A stretch of 31,933 nt of DNA. It comes from Nitrospinales bacterium (GTDB taxonomy: Bacteria > Nitrospinota > Nitrospinia > Nitrospinales > JAJDAT01). Of this stretch, positions 1 through 8,761 are shown piece after piece (the first letter of the stretch is position 1; each line of letters opens with the position of its first letter). A model generated the notes under the pieces. The model ran no database searches and was not told where the DNA came from. It saw only the letters and a program-made list of their open reading frames with translations. A program made the translations under genes and the position numbers. The stretch lies in assembly GCA_046757665.1 (NCBI GenBank), contig JBHHYO010000026.1, positions 1-31,933 on the forward strand, given 5' to 3'.

Positions 1-53
1 TCCGACTGCGCTGTCTGGAGCTTGATCTCAGTCGAAAGTTTAGCCCTCTTCCC

Positions 54-82
54 GCGGGCGTTTGCCCGCCTCCATTTTTTTA
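54..82 (+). terminator. possible intrinsic terminator of a gene upstream of the window
   Basis: GCGGGC-GTTT-GCCCGC hairpin followed after a few nt by a T7 run. Confidence 0.35.
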
Positions 83-160
83 TCCCTTACATATAGCGCA
101 AAATGCAGGTATGCGTCGGCGCAGGCCCTGTTGGTTCGCCGGGTTGCAAGGTTACGGGGG

Positions 161-193
161 GTAGGGTCGGCGGTCATCCACCCACGCCGACTC
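161..193. repeat. GTAG-type REP-like hairpin
   Basis: GTAGG followed by stem GTCGGCG (166-172) / CGCCGAC (185-191). Confidence 0.45.
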
Positions 194-243
194 GCAGTCA
201 AGTGAAGGGCCTGTTGCCCAAACCGGTTTAGGAAGCACGTCTC

Positions 244-430
244 CTCGTTCCTACACTCCGCATTCCAGTGCTAGTTCCCACGCTCTGCCTCCTTGCTGGT
301 TCCCCCACGCTCCTGCGTGGGAACCCCCTTCTTGAGGACGCTCCCGCGTCCACAATGATTGCCGCGGAGCGGCAAGGCGATCCATTCCCACGCGGAGCGT
401 GGGAACGAGAGATGGAGGACGCGGAGCGTC
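244..430. repeat. cluster of REP/REPIN-like palindromes (GTTCCCACGCTCxGCGTGGGAAC family)
   Basis: Degenerate units at 244, 271, 296; inverted unit CATTCCCACGCGGAGCGTGGGAACGAG at 383-409; GACGC...GCGTC short palindromes at 336-351 and 417-430; spurious translations LVPTLRVGM / SRSHAPRGN typical of this repeat. Confidence 0.8.
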
Positions 431-505
431 GGTGCCAAGGAAAAACCGGCATTCAATTTCATGATCCTTGACACCCGGCGTTAATCGGACTAATTTCCCG
501 GTGAG

Positions 506-642
506 CGTCATTGCGAGGCGGTAGCCGAAGCAATCCAGAAAGGACCCATTCCCACCGGGCGTGACCGGGCTGGATCGCCACGCCGCCGGTGGCGGCTCGC
601 GATGACACCGGGGCGGCGAATCTCGACTTATGCAAAGGTCTC
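506..642 (+). mobile_element. MITE/REP-like element, copy 1 (GTCATTGCG...GAAGCAATC...CTCGCGATGAC hairpin ending in IS5-like end CTTATGCAAAGGTCTC)
   Basis: Near-identical to 23824-23942; 507-517 pairs with 596-606; right end 627-642; no left inverted repeat found. Confidence 0.7.
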
Positions 643-662
643 ATTTTTAACAAGGTGTTTTC

Positions 663-2030
663 ATGCTGGAAAAAAACGACTGGAGTGACCAGGAAAAATT
701 TGTCTGGAAAAAACTCGTGGCGGGAGAAAAGGCCGACTTTAACACAGAGCCTGGCTACGGCGGCCCGCTCGACCCGAAAACCCCGGGCGACTGGGCGGGG
801 AAAGAAAACCGCGTACTGCGGCCACGGTTTCTCAAAACCATTCTCCTGGACGAAGGCCACCGCAAGACCCTGGCCCATAAAAAAGTTGCCATTTCGGGTG
901 CATGGTTCACCGAAGAACTCGACCTGTCCGATGCAACTCTGGCAAATTTTCTGGCATTGGACTTTTGCCGGTTTGAAAAAGACGTCGATTTTTTCCACCT
1001 GCAAACTCCGAACCTGATCTCCCTGAACAAATCCACATTCTCCGGCGAACTGATTATGGACAGCCTACGGGTGGAAGACAGTCTCCTTATGAGAGATGGC
1101 GCCCAGTTCAACGAGGTGATCCTTCGTGGCGCAAAGATAGGCCGCCAATTGAATATGGGCAACTCCACATTCTCCGGCGAACTGAATATGGAGAAACTCC
1201 AAGTGGGTGACGATCTTTTCATGCACCACGTTGAATCTGAGTTCCTGGAAACCGTGAACCTTGTCATGGCCAAAATCGGCGGCAGTCTAGTTCTTGCGGG
1301 AAGCCAAAATCTCCCTTCCTTCAATTTGACGGGAGCCAGGATTGACGGGGAATTCAGGCTGGCGCAAGGGGCTAAACATGCGACGTGGCAGGATGATGCC
1401 AAACTGACGTTGCGTAATGCCAGGGTTCGCGCCATTCAGGACCATCCCGATGCCTGGCCGAATCACTTGGTGAGAGAAGGGTTCACATACGACTGGCTGG
1501 GCGGGTTCAGCGCGGACGGTGAAAACGATATGGCTGACCGGAACGTTGATTGGTACTTGGAGTGGCTGGGGGATAAACAGAAGAGCCATTCCCCACAACC
1601 TTACGAACAGTTGGCGAACGTTCTGGAAAAACACGGGCGCAAGGATACGGCGGATGACATTCGTTATGAAAAAAAAGAGCAAGAGCGGCTCAATACGAAT
1701 CGTCGGACTTTGCGCTATTTTTGGCTACTTTTACAAAAAACATTCATCGGTTACGGATACCGTTATGAACATACCCTTCTTTGGGTTTTAGGTTTAATCA
1801 CCGTAGGTGTGATATTGCTTTATGTTCCTCACTGCGCTCCACCGGGATTCTACGAAAAACTAATTTTCTGTTTGGATAAATTTTTACCGTTGGTCAAGTT
1901 TCGCACGGCAAGCAATCCATCGATTAACCTAACAGGTTGGGTGCAGATTTATTTCGATTTTCTGCAAGTCATGGGTTACGTTCTGGTGTCCTACCTCATC
2001 GCCGGCTTGTCGGGGTTGACGAAAAAATGA
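663..2030 (+). CDS. hypothetical membrane protein: pentapeptide-like beta-solenoid repeats plus C-terminal transmembrane domain
   Basis: 455 aa; repeats such as LDLSDATL, STFSGELxM (x2), LRGAKIG, LTGARIDG; PQPYEQLA motif; C-terminal hydrophobic segments (LLWVLGLITVGVILLY, FLQVMGYVLVSYLIAGLSG); AT-richer 3' half. Confidence 0.8.
   Translation: MLEKNDWSDQEKFVWKKLVAGEKADFNTEPGYGGPLDPKTPGDWAGKENRVLRPRFLKTILLDEGHRKTLAHKKVAISGAWFTEELDLSDATLANFLALDFCRFEKDVDFFHLQTPNLISLNKSTFSGELIMDSLRVEDSLLMRDGAQFNEVILRGAKIGRQLNMGNSTFSGELNMEKLQVGDDLFMHHVESEFLETVNLVMAKIGGSLVLAGSQNLPSFNLTGARIDGEFRLAQGAKHATWQDDAKLTLRNARVRAIQDHPDAWPNHLVREGFTYDWLGGFSADGENDMADRNVDWYLEWLGDKQKSHSPQPYEQLANVLEKHGRKDTADDIRYEKKEQERLNTNRRTLRYFWLLLQKTFIGYGYRYEHTLLWVLGLITVGVILLYVPHCAPPGFYEKLIFCLDKFLPLVKFRTASNPSINLTGWVQIYFDFLQVMGYVLVSYLIAGLSGLTKK
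1032..1185 (+). repeat. intragenic direct repeat, 22 bp, 132 bp apart
   Basis: TCCACATTCTCCGGCGAACTGA at 1032-1053 and 1164-1185, matching a 44-aa solenoid unit. Confidence 0.85.
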
Positions 2031-2160
2031 GAACTGCGGAGTGCATCGTTTGCGCAACATTACATTGTCCGGCGGCGGGCGAAATATGGTATCTTGGTAA
2101 ATCCCCCGAATGTTTCGATTGCTTTCGCAAATCGAGGGATTTTTGCAAATGGTTACCGAT

Positions 2161-2664
2161 ATGAAACGTCAATATATCCCGATCCTGCTCTCCGCAATGC
2201 TGGCCGCTACGGTGGCGGCGGCGGGGACGGGTTTTGCCCTGGAATCGGCGCGCCATGATTTCGAGCGCATCGACACCCTCTCGGACATTCCCCGGGAACC
2301 CGGATGGGGGCATCCTTCCTACCGCGGCTGGGAGGTGATGAGTATCCCGGGGCTGATCTCGACTTACTACGACCTCGACTCCAACGGCGAGCTGGACTAT
2401 ATGGTGATCCGCAAAGTGTTGCGAAAAGTCGACGCGGAAAAAACCACGGTGGACGAGGCCATTGAAACCGCCAAAAGGGACCATGTCAGCGTCTATTTTT
2501 CTAACCCGGTAATTTATTTTACGGAACGGTATCCCCTGTTTTACTGTCTGGGCGTCGATTACCGCCGCAATTGCAGGAAAATCTGGGTGGACATCTCCGA
2601 GGATGGCTTGAACGGCAATGAATCGTTGTATACCCTGTCAGCGCCCAGTCCGCATGTGCGTTAA
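2161..2664 (+). CDS. exported hypothetical protein with DxDxDG-like Ca-binding motif
   Basis: ATG 2161 gives signal peptide MKRQYIPILLSAMLAATVAAAG; DLDSNGELD motif; Cys pair; overlaps next gene by 11 nt. Confidence 0.75.
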   Translation: MKRQYIPILLSAMLAATVAAAGTGFALESARHDFERIDTLSDIPREPGWGHPSYRGWEVMSIPGLISTYYDLDSNGELDYMVIRKVLRKVDAEKTTVDEAIETAKRDHVSVYFSNPVIYFTERYPLFYCLGVDYRRNCRKIWVDISEDGLNGNESLYTLSAPSPHVR

Positions 2665-4186
2665 GAAGTACGTTTTTCTTCTGGCCGTCTTTTGCTTGTT
2701 TCTCCGGGGAGTCGGCGGGGAGCCGGCATGGGGGCACGAGGGCGATGTCCCGCCTCCGTCTTCCGGCAAGAGTTCGCTGGTCGTGGGGGAGACCATTTAC
2801 AAGCACATGTGCTCGTTTTGCCACGGGTTGGACGGCAATGGCGGCGGCAAGGCCATGGCTTATCTGTACCCGTGGGCCCGGGACTTCCGCAAAGGGATTT
2901 TTAAATACCGCTCCACTCCCGCCGGCTCGCTCCCCCGGGACGCCGACATTTTCCGCACCATCACGCGGGGCATTCCGGGGACCGCCATGCCGGCCTGGGG
3001 CGCATCGCTCACCGAGGAGGAAACCCGGGCGGTGGTCGCATACATCAAGACCTTCTCCAAACGCTTCGAGCAGGAAAAACCCAAACCTCCCATCGCCGTG
3101 GGAACGCCGCCCGCCGACACCCCGGAGGCGCTGGCCCGTGGAAAACAGATTTTCACCGAGATGCGTTGCAGTCGGTGCCATGGTAGCGACTTGAAAGGCG
3201 ACGGCCCCCTCGCCGACAACCTGTTCGACATCTGGGACCATCGGGCGTTCGTGTACGACCTCACCGACCCCAACGCCTACAAGTGGGGGTTTGAAAAAAA
3301 GGACATCTACCTGACCCTGACCGCCGGAATCGACGGCACGCCGATGAACTCTTACAGCCATCTGACGGACCCGGAGCGCTGGGACCTGGCCGCCTTCGTG
3401 CGGTCGAAAATCGACATCGGGAATTATAAGGAAGCCCTCTACGAAAGCGATCTACATGCGCAAAAAGTCGAAGGCGACATTGCCGTAGAGCCCGACGACC
3501 CCGCCTGGCTGGAGGCCCCCGCAAGGGAAGTGCACTTGATTCCCCTCAGCGCGCGCCGGGCTCCCGTCAACGGCATCAAGGTTCAGGCGTTGGTCAACGA
3601 CGAGGCAATCGCGTTCCGGCTGGAGTGGGAGGACAAAACGCCCAACCGCTCCTCCAGCCGCCACCAGGATTTCAAGGACGCCGTCGCCATGGAGTTTGCG
3701 CTGGGCGACGTGGTGCTTCATGCCCACGGTCACAACGAACCGTTCTTCGGCATGGGCAACCGGGGCAAGGTGGTGAATATCTGGCAATGGCGCGCCGACT
3801 GGCAACAAGACATTGAAACCAAAAAAAAATTGGAATATGCTACCAAGGGGATGGACCTCGACACCATGATCTTTGGCGGCGAAGTGAATCCCGTGGAATC
3901 GCTGAATCCGTTCCGAACCGTTCCCGTCGAGGAGCTGAACGCCGAGGGCTTCGGCACCTTGACGCCGCAACCGCGGACCCGGCAGAACATCAAGGGAAAG
4001 GGCGTTTGGAAGGAAGGAAAATGGAAGGTTGTGTTTTACCGCACCCTGGACTCCTTGAACAAATGGGACGTCAAGTTCGACACTAACGCGCCGATACTGG
4101 TCTCTTTCGCGGTTTGGGACGGTTCCCACAAGGATAGAAACGGGCGCAAGGTGATTGCCATGTGGCAACGCCTGCATCTGCCCTGA
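2654..4186 (+). CDS. diheme cytochrome c fused to ethylbenzene-dehydrogenase gamma (EbdC/DOMON) heme-b domain; NxrC-like candidate
   Basis: Signal peptide; CSFCH and CSRCH, each followed by a distal Met (GTAMP, GTPMN); C-terminal RLEWED, DAVAMEF, PFFGMG, NIWQWRA, FAVWDG...RNGRK motifs. Confidence 0.88.
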   Translation: MCVKKYVFLLAVFCLFLRGVGGEPAWGHEGDVPPPSSGKSSLVVGETIYKHMCSFCHGLDGNGGGKAMAYLYPWARDFRKGIFKYRSTPAGSLPRDADIFRTITRGIPGTAMPAWGASLTEEETRAVVAYIKTFSKRFEQEKPKPPIAVGTPPADTPEALARGKQIFTEMRCSRCHGSDLKGDGPLADNLFDIWDHRAFVYDLTDPNAYKWGFEKKDIYLTLTAGIDGTPMNSYSHLTDPERWDLAAFVRSKIDIGNYKEALYESDLHAQKVEGDIAVEPDDPAWLEAPAREVHLIPLSARRAPVNGIKVQALVNDEAIAFRLEWEDKTPNRSSSRHQDFKDAVAMEFALGDVVLHAHGHNEPFFGMGNRGKVVNIWQWRADWQQDIETKKKLEYATKGMDLDTMIFGGEVNPVESLNPFRTVPVEELNAEGFGTLTPQPRTRQNIKGKGVWKEGKWKVVFYRTLDSLNKWDVKFDTNAPILVSFAVWDGSHKDRNGRKVIAMWQRLHLP

Positions 4187-4221
4187 ATTAATAACGCCGG
4201 TTTTACTGAAAGGTTGCTTGA

Positions 4222-5760
4222 ATGGCTGGTGACGAGAAGCTGGACCCGGATGAAAAAAATGAGCAGGACCTCCCCATCGACGAATCGACCGACCTCGCGC
4301 AAACGCGGGGAGACGAAGTCGATTTGGGCGACGAGGATGAAGTTAACCTGGAAAGCGCGGAAGGGCGGGAATCCGAAAAGGGCGCCGTCCTGATCCTCGG
4401 ACAGGGAGACCCCACCATGTGCGAGGCCAACCGGGGGGCGGACGACCCCGGCGACAACACGCTGAGCGAGCCTCAATACGTCTGCAAGTACGGGGAAATG
4501 CTTTTTGTTTCCGACCGCGGCAATCATCGCGTACTGGTCTGGGACCAGATTCCCCAGGAAAACGGCGAGCCCGCCGGGGTTGTGCTGGGCCAGGAAGATT
4601 TCGCCGACTGCCTGGAAAACCGCGGCATGACCACCACGCTGGATGAAATGACCTCCGGCGTCGGCGACGAAGACCTGGACGGATTCACCGTTACCAAATC
4701 GGGCGAGGACAGTCTATCGCAACCGGCGGGCGTGGCGGTGATCGACGGCAAACTCTACGTGGTGGACAGCGGCAATCATCGTGTTGTCCGGTGGGAGACA
4801 CTGCCCTCGGAGGATGGCGAGGCGCCCGGACTGGTGCTCGGACAGGACAATCTCGAGGATGGCGAGTGCAACCGCCGCGGCAATGTCGGCTCGGGCTCCC
4901 TCTTTTTCCCCATGGGCATCTGTTCCGGCGACGACCAGCACGTCTTTGTGGTCGACAAGGACAATCACCGGGTGCTGTTCTGGAAGAAAATTCCCTTCAG
5001 CAACGGTTGGAACGCGGACATCGCCCTGGGACAGGCCAGCATGGACGAACGGGAACCCAACCGCGGCGATTTCGACAATACCCGGGCGGATACCCTGAGT
5101 TTTCCCACCGGCGTTTGTTATGACGCCGAGAACGACCGGCTGTTCGTGGTCGATCAGGGAAACAACCGGGTTTTGATCTGGAACAAGCTCCCCAACAGCG
5201 TGGGACAGCCCGCCGACGTGGTGATCGGACAAAAAGATTTTCACGGCCGAACGCCCAACGCCGGTCAGGGAACCGCCAATGTGTCGGCGGAGGGTTTGTA
5301 TTTCCCCACCGATGTTACGTACGGCAGGAAAGGTTTGTTTGTTTCCGATACGTCCAACAACCGGGTTTTGGTCTGGAAAGAAGTACCGACGGAAAACGGC
5401 CGGCCGGCGGACCTGGTGATCGGACAGAAGACCTTTACCGACAACAAGGTCAACCGGGGAGGTGAGGCCTCCGCTTGCACCTTGAACGATCCGTGCGGGT
5501 TGTTCCTGGATGAAGACCCGGAAGATGAAGAGGATATCGGCCGCCTTTATATCGCCGACCGCGGCAACTCCCGCGTTGTCGTGTGGGAAGAACTTCCCGA
5601 GCCGCCTCAAGAGGAAAAACCCGATGACGAGGAGGACGATCAAGTCGTTTATGAACAGGAAGAGCTCATGGGAGATGACGACGAATTTCTGGAAGATTAC
5701 GGCGATGAGTACGAAGACGACAACGGCGGCGACCCGTCCAAGAAATTCCCCGTAACCTGA
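4222..5760 (+). CDS. NHL-repeat beta-propeller protein with acidic termini
   Basis: Six repeats of LxVxDxGNxRVLxW...(VLGQxDF); very D/E-rich N- and C-termini; no signal peptide. Confidence 0.88.
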   Translation: MAGDEKLDPDEKNEQDLPIDESTDLAQTRGDEVDLGDEDEVNLESAEGRESEKGAVLILGQGDPTMCEANRGADDPGDNTLSEPQYVCKYGEMLFVSDRGNHRVLVWDQIPQENGEPAGVVLGQEDFADCLENRGMTTTLDEMTSGVGDEDLDGFTVTKSGEDSLSQPAGVAVIDGKLYVVDSGNHRVVRWETLPSEDGEAPGLVLGQDNLEDGECNRRGNVGSGSLFFPMGICSGDDQHVFVVDKDNHRVLFWKKIPFSNGWNADIALGQASMDEREPNRGDFDNTRADTLSFPTGVCYDAENDRLFVVDQGNNRVLIWNKLPNSVGQPADVVIGQKDFHGRTPNAGQGTANVSAEGLYFPTDVTYGRKGLFVSDTSNNRVLVWKEVPTENGRPADLVIGQKTFTDNKVNRGGEASACTLNDPCGLFLDEDPEDEEDIGRLYIADRGNSRVVVWEELPEPPQEEKPDDEEDDQVVYEQEELMGDDDEFLEDYGDEYEDDNGGDPSKKFPVT

Positions 5761-5786
5761 GACCGCGCCCCGTGAGGCCGGTAATT

Positions 5787-5921
5787 AACGCGGCGCTGAA
5801 AAAGTCCCGCGAAGGGCATAAGGTTGTCACCCTGCGCCTGTCGAAGGGTGACGCCATGCTTCGACGGGCTCAGCATGACGTTAAAGAAAACCGCCTCAAT
5901 CCGACTTTTTCAGCACCTGTT
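5787..5921. mobile_element. MITE-like element: IS-like inverted repeats enclosing an inverted REP doublet
   Basis: GCTGAAAAAGTC (5795-5806) / GACTTTTTCAGC (5903-5914) perfect 12-bp core; inside, GTCACCCTGCGCCTGTCGAAG and its inverted copy CTTCGACGGGCTCAGCATGAC; lies between convergent genes. Confidence 0.7.
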
Positions 5922-5935
5922 TGTCAAACGCGGCC

Positions 5936-7492
5936 TTAACGGGTTCCGGGAGACAAGGTTTTCAGAAAGGTCAACTCTTCGTTTTTCATGAGGCGGGACA
6001 GCGCCCCGAAGCTGGACATCCCGATGGCAATGCCGCCGGTCAGCACGAGCAACTTGTGCCCCAGGGAAGCTTGCGGGTCGAAGAAAAACAGGCTGAAATA
6101 ATACACCAGTACTCCCATAACGCAAGAAGCCAGCGAGAGCCTGGCAACCGAAGCCAGGATTTTGCGCCCTCCGAGCAGGCCCAGCCGCTTTCTCAAAAAG
6201 TGAATCAGCAGTACGCTGTTGAACAGCGCCGACAGCGAAGTGGCGAGCGCCAGGCCCCCATGTTGCAAGGGGCCCATGAGAATCAAGTTGAGAAAAACAT
6301 TCAGGAGCATCGCATACGCGCCTATTTTCGCCGGAGTTTTTGTGTCCTGCAAAGAGTAAAAAGCCGCCACCAGAACTTTTGTTCCGGCAAAGGCGCAGAG
6401 CCCGACGGAGTAATACAAAAGTGCCGTGGCGGTGCCTTCCGTCGTCGTGCGCGTAAACTCTCCCCGCTCCCACAGCGTGTTGATGATGGGGAACCGCAAC
6501 AGGATCAATCCCACGGTCGCGGGTATGGTGATAAACAGGATCAGCCGGATGCCGAACGACAGGGTGTGTCTTAATTCCGCGAACTCCTTGCGCGCCGCCT
6601 GCCCGGACAGCATGGGAAGAAGGGCGACCCCCAGGGCCACGCCGAATATTCCCAGGGGAAGCTGTACCAGCCGGTTGCCGTAATAAAGGTAGGAGATGGA
6701 CCCTCCGGGAAGCAGGGAAGCCAGAATCGTGTCCACCATGATGTTGATCTCATAAACGGCCATTCCCAGAATGGCCGGGCCCATCAACTTGCCGATTTTG
6801 ATGATTCCCGCGTGCTTCCAGTTGATGGAAAAGGTAAATTTCAATCCCTTGCGCATCGCGGCGGGCAGTTGAATGGCCAGTTGCAGAACCCCGCCGGCGA
6901 GAACCCCCATGGCCAGGCCGTAGATGGGGTGTTCCAGGCGCGGCGAGACCAGAAGCGCCGCGGCGATCATGCAGACATTCAACAGAATGGGCGCCGCGGC
7001 GGGCAGGGCGAACACCTTGCACGTATTCAAAATCGCCATACACAGGGCCGCCAGGCCGATGCAGACCAGAAACGGCGCCATCCACCGGGTCAGGGAAACC
7101 GTTAAGTCAAACTTGCCCGGCTCCTCAAGAAAACCGGGGGCCAGCAAAGTGATCACATAGGGGGCGAACAACAGGATCAACAACGTGATCGCCATGAGAA
7201 TGAGGAACAGGAGCGAAAACAAGTTGGACGTTAAATCCCACGCCTCCTCCTTGTTTTTGGTGTTCAGGTATTCGGAGAATACGGGCACGAACGCCGCCGT
7301 CATCGCGCCCTCGCCGAGGACCCTGCGTTGCATGTTGGGAATGCGGAACGCGACGAAAAAAGCGTCCGCCGCCGCCGACGATCCGAACATCATGGCGATG
7401 GCCATATCGCGCAGGAAACCGAAAACCCTCGATATGAGGGTCATGGCGCCCACGGTTCCGGCCGCGCGGCTCACTGTTTTTTGGTTTTCCAT
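5936..7492 (-). CDS. murJ: lipid II flippase MurJ (MviN)
   Basis: SRVFGFLRD, ADAFFVAFRIPN, GEGAMTAAFVP, RLVQLPLG, DTKTP motifs; multi-TM, 518 aa. Confidence 0.97.
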   Translation of the reverse strand: MENQKTVSRAAGTVGAMTLISRVFGFLRDMAIAMMFGSSAAADAFFVAFRIPNMQRRVLGEGAMTAAFVPVFSEYLNTKNKEEAWDLTSNLFSLLFLILMAITLLILLFAPYVITLLAPGFLEEPGKFDLTVSLTRWMAPFLVCIGLAALCMAILNTCKVFALPAAAPILLNVCMIAAALLVSPRLEHPIYGLAMGVLAGGVLQLAIQLPAAMRKGLKFTFSINWKHAGIIKIGKLMGPAILGMAVYEINIMVDTILASLLPGGSISYLYYGNRLVQLPLGIFGVALGVALLPMLSGQAARKEFAELRHTLSFGIRLILFITIPATVGLILLRFPIINTLWERGEFTRTTTEGTATALLYYSVGLCAFAGTKVLVAAFYSLQDTKTPAKIGAYAMLLNVFLNLILMGPLQHGGLALATSLSALFNSVLLIHFLRKRLGLLGGRKILASVARLSLASCVMGVLVYYFSLFFFDPQASLGHKLLVLTGGIAIGMSSFGALSRLMKNEELTFLKTLSPGTR

Positions 7493-7593
7493 GACTCTTC
7501 GGCGGGGCTGGTTGAGGCAAGCCGGTCAGGGGTTGTTGTCGGGAATCGCCTGGGACAGCGTTGCGGGTCTGGCGGAGCATTTTCCCGTCCCGG

Positions 7594-7602
7594 AGTATAA
7601 CA
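7594..7602 (-). promoter_or_regulatory. candidate extended -10 promoter for murJ
   Basis: TG-T-TATACT on the minus strand in an AT-rich patch ~100 nt upstream of murJ. Confidence 0.4.
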
Positions 7603-7673
7603 AATAAAAACAGAGGTGAAAAAAATATCTCGGTCCGCGGTCCGTTGGGATGACTGCGCGGCGCAGGCGGGGC

Positions 7674-8744
7674 CTATTCGATCCAGCCGCCGCCGACAAT
7701 GCAATCGTTGCGATAGAACACCGCCGCCTGGCCCGGCGCGATGGCCAACTGCGGTTCATCGAAGGCCACCCGGACGCGCCCGTCCGCAAGCCGCGTCAAA
7801 TCGGCCGCGGCGGCCCGGTGGCGCGAACGAATCTGCACCGCCGCCCGGAACGCCGTGTCCGGCTCCAGGCACCAGTTCACCCGGTCCACGAAAAATTCCT
7901 TGCGGAAAGTTTCCCGCTTGGGCCCCACGGTAACCTCGTTGCGTTTTGCGTCGATGCCGGTGACAAAATAAGGTTCGCTCAAGCCGCCCAGGTTCAAGCC
8001 TTTTCTTTGCCCGACGGTGTAGGCGGCAAAACCCTTATGGGTCCCCAAAACCGTGCCGGACGAATCGACCACCGGCCCGTCCCTGAAAATTTTTCCGTCC
8101 GATTGCCTGGCCAGAAATTTGGAATAATCATTGTCCGGGATGAAACAAATCTCCTGCGACTCGGATTTCTCCGCCACCGGCAAGGCCAGGGAGCGCGCCA
8201 GGTCCCGCACCTCATGTTTTTTCATGCCGCCCAGGGGAAACATCAGCCGGCGGATTTGATCCTGTGACAGGTTAAACAGGAAATAGCTTTGGTCCTTGCT
8301 CGGGTCCCGGCCCCGGCGAATGGTCAGCCTTCCCGACTCGTCCCGCGCCACCGAGGCGTAGTGCCCCGTGGCCAGAAAATCGCACCCCAGAATTTCGGCG
8401 CGTTTCATGAGTTGGTCGAATTTGACTTTCTGGTTGCACAGCGTACAGGGAATCGGCGTCCTGGCCTGCTGATATTCGGAGACGAAGTAATCGACCACCT
8501 CCTCCTTGAACGCCTTTTCCATGTTCAGGATGTAAAACGGAATTTCCAGTTTGTCGGCGACGCGGCGGGCATCGGCCAGGTCGTCAAGCGAACAGCAGGT
8601 GCCGAACCGGTCGTCGGTGTCGGAACCGTAATCCCAGAGTTGCAGGGAAATGCCGATCACATCATGGCCCTGCTGTTTTAACAGCGCCGCGGCGACGGAG
8701 CTGTCAACACCGCCGCTCATTGCCACTACGATTTTTCTTTTCAT
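7674..8744 (-). CDS. mnmA: tRNA 2-thiouridine(34) synthase MnmA
   Basis: AMSGGVDSS, PCTLCN, ATGHYA, KDQSYFL, SQEICF, TVGQRKGL, PGQAAVFY. Confidence 0.97.
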   Translation of the reverse strand: MKRKIVVAMSGGVDSSVAAALLKQQGHDVIGISLQLWDYGSDTDDRFGTCCSLDDLADARRVADKLEIPFYILNMEKAFKEEVVDYFVSEYQQARTPIPCTLCNQKVKFDQLMKRAEILGCDFLATGHYASVARDESGRLTIRRGRDPSKDQSYFLFNLSQDQIRRLMFPLGGMKKHEVRDLARSLALPVAEKSESQEICFIPDNDYSKFLARQSDGKIFRDGPVVDSSGTVLGTHKGFAAYTVGQRKGLNLGGLSEPYFVTGIDAKRNEVTVGPKRETFRKEFFVDRVNWCLEPDTAFRAAVQIRSRHRAAAADLTRLADGRVRVAFDEPQLAIAPGQAAVFYRNDCIVGGGWIE

Positions 8745-8761
8745 GAAGCCGGTTGCCTGAG

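Noticed and set aside
122-213. Resemblance of GGCCCTGTTGGTTC to the 5' end of SRP (4.5S) RNA
   Set aside because: The conserved helix-8 core (CAGG...GGAA...AGCAG) is absent on both strands
244-324. Periodic repeats suggestive of a CRISPR array
   Set aside because: Units are degenerate, ~26 nt apart with no room for spacers, include an inverted copy, and there are no cas genes
228-511. Four short overlapping ORFs (228-452, 251-511, 268-471, 271-474)
   Set aside because: They are translations of REP palindromes, not plausible genes
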